The translations under genes were made by a program, and so were the position numbers. This document shows, one piece after another, positions 55,400-64,000 of a stretch of 64,000 nt of DNA. The notes beneath the pieces are model-generated. The model searched no databases. It was not told where the DNA came from and saw only the letters and a program-made list of their open reading frames with translations. The stretch comes from Octopus vulgaris (lineage: Eukaryota). The DNA lies in contig OX597826.1 of the NCBI GenBank assembly GCA_951406725.2, positions 4,154,001-4,218,000 of the forward strand, read 5' to 3'. The stretch's first letter is position 1. The number at the start of each line of letters is the position of its first letter.

Positions 55400-56135
55400 A
55401 ACTGGAATTGCGTAACAATCTGTAAATTCATATGTTCGTGTGCACATGTATTAAAGCACTAATGAATGCATCCATCGGTAAGTTATTTACTTTACAACTA
55501 TGATGTTGAGTGTTCGAATACATTTACCTTTAGTTTAAAGGAACTCTCTTTTCAATATGAATCAAACATCAATAAATGTTGAGGCATGTTAGTAGATGGA
55601 AACTTTGTGGAAGCCCAGCGAATGGACAGTAATTTGAAGTTAAACGTCCAGGCTTACTTTTAACCGGATCACACTGATTGGAATGTCTCAAGTGGAAAGT
55701 CTCAAGTTTCCACTTGTCTGCCGAGAATTTAGCCACTTTTAACGTTATTTCAAGGAGTTGATCGTTCAGTTTAGTAAACATACAGCATTGACGAAGGACC
55801 AGATTGTTCTTTTGTATTGGGCGGCCCTTGCGTGCGCTCATGTGTTTACGGGTATTTCTAACGACACATGAAAGAGACACTATACACCCATTTTCACTCT
55901 TGCTCTCATCGTATCTGCTTCTTTCCCTTTCTCTTTCTGTCTTTCTCTATCTCTTAGTCTCTCTCTCCCTCTCGATCACTTTCTCTCTATATATATCTTA
56001 GTCTCTCTCTCTCTCTCCATTCTGAGTTCCAATTCCGCTGAGGTAGACTTTGCCTTTATCGGATTTGATAAAATAAGAACCAGTACTAGGGTCAATGTAA
56101 TCGATTTCTCCCCTTCCGCGAAATTGAAATTTGAA

Positions 56136-56214
<79 letters not shown>

Positions 56215-56431
56215 TGTATGTATAGGTGTTTATATGAATACATATATATATATATACATCGTATCAGGACAATTATCCCCCATCTAGATTGATTAACCTC
56301 TCTCCAATATATTCAGAAGTTTTCCTTAGGGGTAATTTCCTTGGCGGTGTTACTATCCTGTGGGTGGGGCGGGGTATATGTCATAGATTCATATACGTAT
56401 ATATATTTTTATATATATATATATATATATT

Positions 56432-56627
56432 ATTGTTACCGCTAACTCTGGAACTTAGTAATAATTCGTATCAAAACACCCCATTATCCAGAAACCAAAC
56501 GGTCGAATACGTTTCAACAGTGGAAAACCGACCTCGTCTTTTGAAATAATATACGAGACTTAATCACCCAAACATGTTCATTTCTTCTTTAAAACAGTAT
56601 GATACAGTTCGAGGGAAATTTGGTGAC
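56432..56627 (+). repeat. Left copy of a ~195-bp inverted repeat pair
   Basis: Reverse complement of 57966-58160 at high identity. Confidence 0.9.
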
Positions 56628-56842
56628 AAGAAACGATCGTAGTGGATATCTTAATTATATTTAATTTATATAAATTTTTTTATGTATTGGATTAAGTCTT
56701 TCTTTGTTTGATTTGCATAATAGTGGTTTTGTCTCTAATTAATATTATATTATATTTTACTATAAAATTGGATTCAATTCTAAATCTGATTTTTCCCTGT
56801 AAATTTGGATTTTTTCCTAATATTTATTATTATATATTATAT

Positions 56843-56917
<75 letters not shown>

Positions 56918-56922
<5 letters not shown>

Positions 56923-57497
56923 CAATATAAAACAAACAGCAGAACTCGAAGCAACTCAGAGAAGCTACACAAAGAAAATCGTCTCCATGCAAAATGTCAG
57001 CTACTGGGAAAGACTGAAGGTATTAAACCTCTTCTCCCTGGAGCAGAGGCGGGAGAGATATGCAGTGATATACATCTGGAAAATCCTGGAGGGTCTTGTC
57101 CCAAACTTTGGCATTCAAAGTTACTCCAACCGCAGAACGGGGCGCCGCTGCGTGGTGCCAAGGATTCCAACATCACCATCAAAATACAGGTCCAGATACT
57201 GCAACAGCTTGGGTTTCAGAGGACCACAGCTCTTTAACATCCTCCCTAAATGCCTGAGAGACTTACATGGTGTGGATGTGGGTTTCTTTAAAACTAAACT
57301 GGATCTCTTCTTGTTGGGAGTCCCAGATGAACCTACCTCACGACAGGAGACACGGATGCGGGCAGCAGCATCGAACTCCCTTGTTGATCAAGTGCCACGT
57401 ATCAGAGGTGGATTCACAAACTAGTGTAGCTCATTCAGCGGTGGTGCCCCAGCATGGCCGCGGCCTTCGGGCTAAAACATTTTTAAGGATTTAAGGA
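56918..57497 (+). mobile_element. CR1/L2-group LINE 3' fragment with 3' UTR and short tandem tail
   Basis: LEATQRSYTKKI..MQNVSYWERLKVLNLFSLEQRRER..VIYIWKILEG...FNILP...FKTKLDLFL. Tail ggtgccccagcatggccgc...(ttaaggat)2. Confidence 0.88.
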
Positions 57498-57965
57498 TAT
57501 ATATATATATATGTATGTACATATATATGTATATCTATTAATCTTTCTTAGAATATATACATATATGTATACATGTACACATATAAGAGTGTGTGTGCGC
57601 GTGTGTGTGTATATGTATATATGTACGTATATCTATGTATTTATCTATCTTAATATCTATATATTTATTTATACGTTTGTGTACATAAACAGAGACATCT
57701 GCCTCCTTCTTCGACCTCTATTTCTCTTCAGCTCGGCTTCGGGGAATAGTTATGGATGGGAGGTCCTGATGGGGATACATACCCGTATCAAGTGAACTTT
57801 GAACGTTTCACAACAACTAAAAGCTGCTGATGCTCATACACACTATGTGAGAATTGAAAAAAACGGCATGCTCCCTGCTGATATTACTTTCACTATAAAG
57901 CTTCTACTTCAGGTTTGATAAAACAAAATGAAATCGGCTATGTAGTTGTTCTAAAGCTAGAAAAG

Positions 57966-58160
57966 GTAACCAAATTTCCCTCGAACTGTATCATACTGTT
58001 TTAAAGAAGAAATGAACATGTTTGGGTGATTAAGTCTCGTATATTATTTCAAAAGATGAGGTCGAGTTTCCACTGATGAAATGTATTCGACCGTTTGGTT
58101 TCTGGATAATGGGGTGTTTGATACAAATTATTACTAAGTCCCAGAGTTAGCGGTAACAAT
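57966..58160 (-). repeat. Right copy of the ~195-bp inverted repeat pair
   Basis: Reverse complement of 56432-56627. Confidence 0.9.
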
Positions 58161-58900
58161 AATATGATCGCTACAATGGGAAGCAAGAACAACAGCCAGA
58201 AGAACATCAACAAAATGTGCAACAACAAAAACACCACTAAGACCAGCAATATCAACAACAGCAAAAGCAAAACAAAAACGTAACAAAAGCAGCAGCAACA
58301 ACAACCGCATCGGCAGTAGACGTAACAACTGTTGCACGAAAAACATCCATAAAAACGAAACCAACAGCTGCAGTACCCACGAGAGGAATACTCAGTGGCA
58401 GATGCAACAGCATCGTTAGCAACAAAATCTGTAGCAACAACACAAGTAATAACAACGACCATAACATCAACAACAGTTATGCCAAGAACAACAACAGCAA
58501 AGGTGACAACAGAAAACGATAATAGCAACATCATTATCAACAACAAAACAGCAACATCGATAATGGGCACAATAACAGCAGTAACAACAAGAAGAACAAC
58601 AACAATAGCAGTATGAATAACAGCAGTAACAACAACAACACTGACAGCATTAGCAACAAAAATAACAACAGCATCAGCGGCAGAAACATCAGTATTATCA
58701 TCAACGTAAACAATAACGTCACGAAAAATGTAATAACAACAACTTCAACAACAATAGCAACAATCTCAGTAGCAACAGCAACGCTTAACAAGAGAGGCAA
58801 CAGTATTATCAATAAGAAAACCAGCTAAAATTACAACAGGAACAATAACAACAACAACGCTTACTACAACAAAAAAGGGGGCAACAACAACGGCAACAAT
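58160..58900. repeat. Highly degenerate (CAA)/(CAG)/(AAT) array
   Basis: Directly visible; gives Thr/Asn/Val/Leu-rich pseudo-ORFs on both strands. Confidence 0.9.
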
Positions 58901-59297
58901 ATCTTAAGCGGGCGTCTTGTTCCTAAAGGTCCAAAATTAACTTTCTCTAAACAATCTTTCCCGTTCAGCAGATATTTCATTAATTATAAATGATGCCTAG
59001 TTTAACTCCGCCATATTCTTTCTACAATATCTAGGTTAACTAATTTTCTGACCTTTGATAAGCTTTTCTTTTCCCTCTTCCAATTTCTTTCATTTTATTT
59101 TTAATGTATATTTTTATTGTTTTTTTTAAAATCTTTATATATATATATATAATTTATTTTGTACATTTATTTTGTACATGCCTGATATAGATAAGAATAT
59201 TCATGCAGAAACAGCTATGAACATATACATACATACATATGTATATATATATATATATATATATTTGTTTGTGTGTGTGTGTATATATATATGTATG

Positions 59298-59347
<50 letters not shown>

Positions 59348-59823
59348 TACATAATTATATATATATATATATATATTTAATTATGTGTGTATGTATATAA
59401 TATAAATATATAGATATGTTTTATATATATATACATGAATATGTATGCCAAAGTGTGTAAATAAATAAATAAATATATCTGTGTGTGTGCTTGTGTGACT
59501 GTACATATATATATGTTTATGTCTGTGTATATATATATATAAATGTATGCGTGTATGTATATATGTATGTGTATGTATACAAAAGTATATATAGGGCGAT
59601 CGGCGTGTGTGTGTGTGTGTGTGTGCATGCGCATTGGATTCATCTTCTTAGTCATTAACGATGCTTGCCTTCCATTTTAATCGGAAGACAAAAAAAGAAG
59701 GATGACATATTAAAATAAACATGCATATATTGTTTACAAATACACACACATGTACGCATGCGTATGCATTATATGCATAAAGAGTGGGAAAGAAGGAGGG
59801 AAAGACATCTGAAAGACGATAAG

Positions 59824-59860
<37 letters not shown>

Positions 59861-60046
59861 TATATACACACATATATACATATATGTGTGTGTGTGTGTG
59901 TGTATAATATATGTGCACAAATACACACACACACATACACACATATACATATATATGCACATAGATACACAGACACGTGGATGGAATATGATTGCTGTTC
60001 TTAAATGTTATCTCATATGTGCTCTTATTCATACACACATACACAA

Positions 60047-60086
<40 letters not shown>

Positions 60087-60608
60087 TCTCGTGTGTGATT
60101 ATACATACATATAATATTTACATGTGTGTGTGTATGTCTGTGTCTTTGTGCGTATGTATACATACATGCATATTATTGCGTATCTCTCCATGTGTGCGTG
60201 TGTATGTATGTGTGTGTGTATTCCATATTCTTTTCCGCTTTTAAAAAATTATGTCATCGAGCAGTCATCGCTTTCATGTTTCCTTATTAAATTTTCAATT
60301 ATTTTATTGTTCGGTAACTTAAGAAAAAGCAACAGGAAAACAAACGTTGAATTCGACATAGTTTCTTTCCTTTTTTAAGATGCTTGCCTTTCACATACAC
60401 TATTAAATGACCTTGGGGGGGAAAAAAAACTGTAGATGTGAACTTCTAAGTTTCGTTCCTACACAGCTCTCTCCTGCAATTATAAGGCTAATAATATGTG
60501 TATAAACTTGAGCTGAACGTTATAAGCCTCATGCTTCGTATAACATTCACATAAAAATGTACCCGTTTTAAAATCGTTACTGCAATACACTTTACTGTTA
60601 CTCATTTA

Positions 60609-60813
60609 ACTCTTTTACTTGTTTCAGTCATTTGACTGCGGCCATGCTGGAGCGCCGCCTTGAGTCGAGCAAATCGACCCCAGGACTTATTGTTTGTAAG
60701 CCAAGTACTTATTATATCGGAATATTTTGCCGAACTGCTAAGTTATGGGGGCGTAAACACACCAGCATCATCGGTTGTCAAGCGATGTTGGACGGGGGAC
60801 AAACACAGACACA

Positions 60814-60901
<88 letters not shown>

Positions 60902-61070
60902 CATATATACGACGGGCTTATTTCAGTTTCCGTCTAACAAATCCACTAACAACGCTTTGGTCGACCCGAGATTATAGTAGAAGACACTTGCCCAAGGTGC
61001 CACGCAGTGGGACTGAACCCGAAAACATGTGGCTGGTAAGCAAGCTATTTACCACACAGCCACTCCTGCG
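60609..61070 (-). mobile_element. SINE family A
   Basis: Reverse complement of the family A consensus. Confidence 0.9.
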
Positions 61071-62449
61071 GATGTTACGAGGAAACTTCTCTTGTCCGTA
61101 AGACTTCTATTAAATAGTAGCCAAATTTACCTCAGATTTCACCCTGTTGTTTTAAATAGATATTTTGCAGATTTTGGATTCTGTAATACAGCATGAAGAC
61201 GAGTTGGTCATGGTTTGCTTGCTTTTTATTGTACGTCAGGTAGATCAGCTTGACTAGGGTTGATTTGGACCTAATCACCAACAATATCATCAGCAACATT
61301 GAGGACACGTTAAATCATGTCGTTCTAGGTACGCTAAAGCTGAGGAAAAGACCAAATGATCGTGGATAGAATGTTTTTGATTTTATGCCTGTTGGATCAG
61401 ATCCAAACTGCGGTAACACAACGAAAACAGACATAAACACAATGTCCAAACATAGATGCATATTAAATGCAAATTTTCTGAGTCTAAGATTCGGCTCTAA
61501 TATGCTCTTAAAGTTATTTCATTTTGTGGGTGTTATAGACTATCGATAGTGAATTTCGTTATCTCTGCAATTCATAGACATAGCACCGAAATCTTAATCA
61601 TTGAATATGTGTGGGAGAAAAAGAAAGAATTGCTGGTGATGTCTTTGACTGCAGATATAATCTGTCAGAGCTGATATTGAATTAGACAGCAACGTGGTAA
61701 CAATAAAGCGCGTAGACCCGTGTTTGACCTGTTAAAAAGAGTAGCACTAATTCTCTAAGTTCACATTTTACGGTTTTTCTTTTTAAAAGAAAATGCATTG
61801 AACCATGTGGTCTTAGATATCTTCATTCCTTGTGACACCATTAAGGCAAATATTCTCTCAGATTTTCTCTGACACGTCTCATATATCAGGTTGTCAGATA
61901 AACACGTTCATTTTTCCTCCATATATTTTAATCCGTAGTTTTCAATAACAGATTTAACAATTCATCCAAAACAATTTTAAGAAGGAAAGACAGATAAATA
62001 GAGAAAAATATAGCAAATCATTTTTGTACCTTTCAGTCGCGAACAGCCCAAGTAGAAGTGAAGCTCTGAGCAGACAATCAGATATCGTTCCCACGTCTCC
62101 TCTAAGGTAGCGTAGTAGCAACTCTCCGGGTCCCATCTATGGATTAATTATCATGGGTTAATTATCATGTCTGGAAGTAGATCGCTCGCAGACACCCCCA
62201 AAGGTAGTAGAACTGATGAGATATTTTAAAATCCTGTATCCCTCTGTAATTACTGGTATCGTACACTTGTTGCATCAATCAGATATAAGTGTGAATGACT
62301 AATGAGTGGAACTGGCTTACACAAATCACGTCCACCGTATTAATCACTATAATCATATTTATCATGCATGCTCTTTGGCTGAGTCTTGGTAAAGCCTCAT
62401 TCAACCAGAGAGTCTACTACTTATATACATGTGTGAGTGTATACATACA

Positions 62450-62965
62450 TGGTGGCTGCCCCCTCGTTATCGAGTATGGCCATTGCACGAAGCTTAATCA
62501 ATGTTGTTATCGTGCAATGCCTGTGCAAGAAGATTTTTTAAAGTGAGGAAAGGCTGTGCACTGAGACAATCCCACTCATTAGCAACAGCAGCCATAATCC
62601 GAAAAGAAGAACAAGTCAACATCATCGGTAACCACTGAGCCGCAGGTTTTATGTCAGAGTTATCCCAGTTACCTGAGTTACCTTCTCCTAGAAGGATGCC
62701 CTAACAAAGGCTGGGAGTCCTTCACTCCCAATGGTTTAACCGCGCGATCGGGTATTCAGTCCGATTATTTCTATGTCCCCGCGCATGCCTTAAAAAAAAA
62801 TATACATTTATTGGATGGCCGTTGACTCTCAAGATTTCCTCTGCCCTTTGACAGGTTTTGTTTTTCATCCCGCAGGGTGTCCAATAAACACCCTCCTCAC
62901 CAAGAAAGCTTGGTGGGGTTGCCGGTTTAGTCGCCGACGACCCGACGATGCAACAGTGTTAACAG
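62450..62965 (-). mobile_element. Probable RTE 5'UTR-like repeat fragments
   Basis: Minus strand ggcatccttctaggagaaggtaactc resembles motifs recalled from RTE 5' regions; GC-richer than the flanks. Confidence 0.35.
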
Positions 62966-63458
62966 TAGCACTCATACACACATACATACATACATATACA
63001 CTTACATACATATACATACATATACATACGTATAAGTACATACGCGTGTGTGTATGCGTGTGAGTGGGCGTGTGTATGTATGTGAGTACATGTGCAAGAA
63101 TATTACGATATACATGAATAAATATGTGTTCGGTGCGAAGGTCTGTCTTCACATGCATACATGTAGCTTTCTGTATCTGTGCTTGAAATCTTAGAATCAC
63201 TTCTGATATCATATGTTGACAGAAAAAACAATGCGATTATATATAATTATTAATGGATAAGTATACGTAAGCATACATATATATGTGTGTATGTGTATAC
63301 ATACATATTTATATCTATCTAAACATATATATATCTATATATATATACAAACATATATATATACGTATATATAGATATATATATATATACATATATTATA
63401 TATATATATATATTATATACATATGTATACATAATTATACATATATTTATATATTCAA

Positions 63459-63523
<65 letters not shown>

Positions 63524-64000
63524 CTTTTATATATATATACATACATATATATATATATACACATACATATATATTATACATACATATATATTATACCTAC
63601 ATATACATATATATGTTGTACATAAATATATGATGCTTACATACATATATATAAATATATATATATACACTCACATACACACATATATACACATATATAT
63701 ATATATATGGGTGTGTGTATATGTGTTTATATTTCTATTTTTATGGAGCTATATATAGATAAATACATCTAATTCTATCCATACGTGCTTATGTTACACC
63801 AAAGAACCCACATTCACCCCAAAACACACACACGTACGCACAAATACCTGTACATATATTTGTGCATTACGATACTTATATTTATACATACGTGCAAATA
63901 AATACACACACGTGCGTGCGCACGCTCGCGCACACGCATACATATGTGAAATTATAAACTGCAGTGGAATCTAATAACTACAAACTATGGCAGCATAAAA

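Noticed and set aside
58049-58828. Hydrophobic 'membrane-like' and Thr-rich 'mucin-like' ORFs
   Set aside because: Degenerate (CAA)n array read on either strand, with stops scattered in all frames.

Overview
AT-rich, microsatellite-saturated eukaryotic non-coding DNA. The SINE families and repeat landscape look like a cephalopod (Octopus) genome, which is inference from recalled repeat sequences. I found no intact host gene or convincing exon. Almost all ORFs in the track are translations of (TA)n/(TG)n/(TATG)n/(TAGA)n/trinucleotide repeats or of SINE bodies. The window holds about 30 tRNA-derived SINE copies from at least 4 families, non-autonomous Helitrons (A|TC...hairpin-CTAG|T), a hAT MITE, and LINE remnants (RTE, Dong/R4-like, CR1/L2-like, probable Penelope RT). 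The most notable signal is a set of short elements sitting in (TA)n tracts, several forming 150-440 bp fold-back palindromes. They carry minimal type I hammerhead ribozyme (HHR) motifs (stem I-CUGAnGA-stem II-GAAA-very short palindromic stem III-NUH-stem I), including core variants with compensatory G3:C8 and U3:A8 pairs. One element fuses a tRNA-type Pol III head to an HHR-bearing tail. These look like several non-autonomous Penelope-mobilised, ribozyme-carrying retroelement families. All folds were done by eye and none has been tested.
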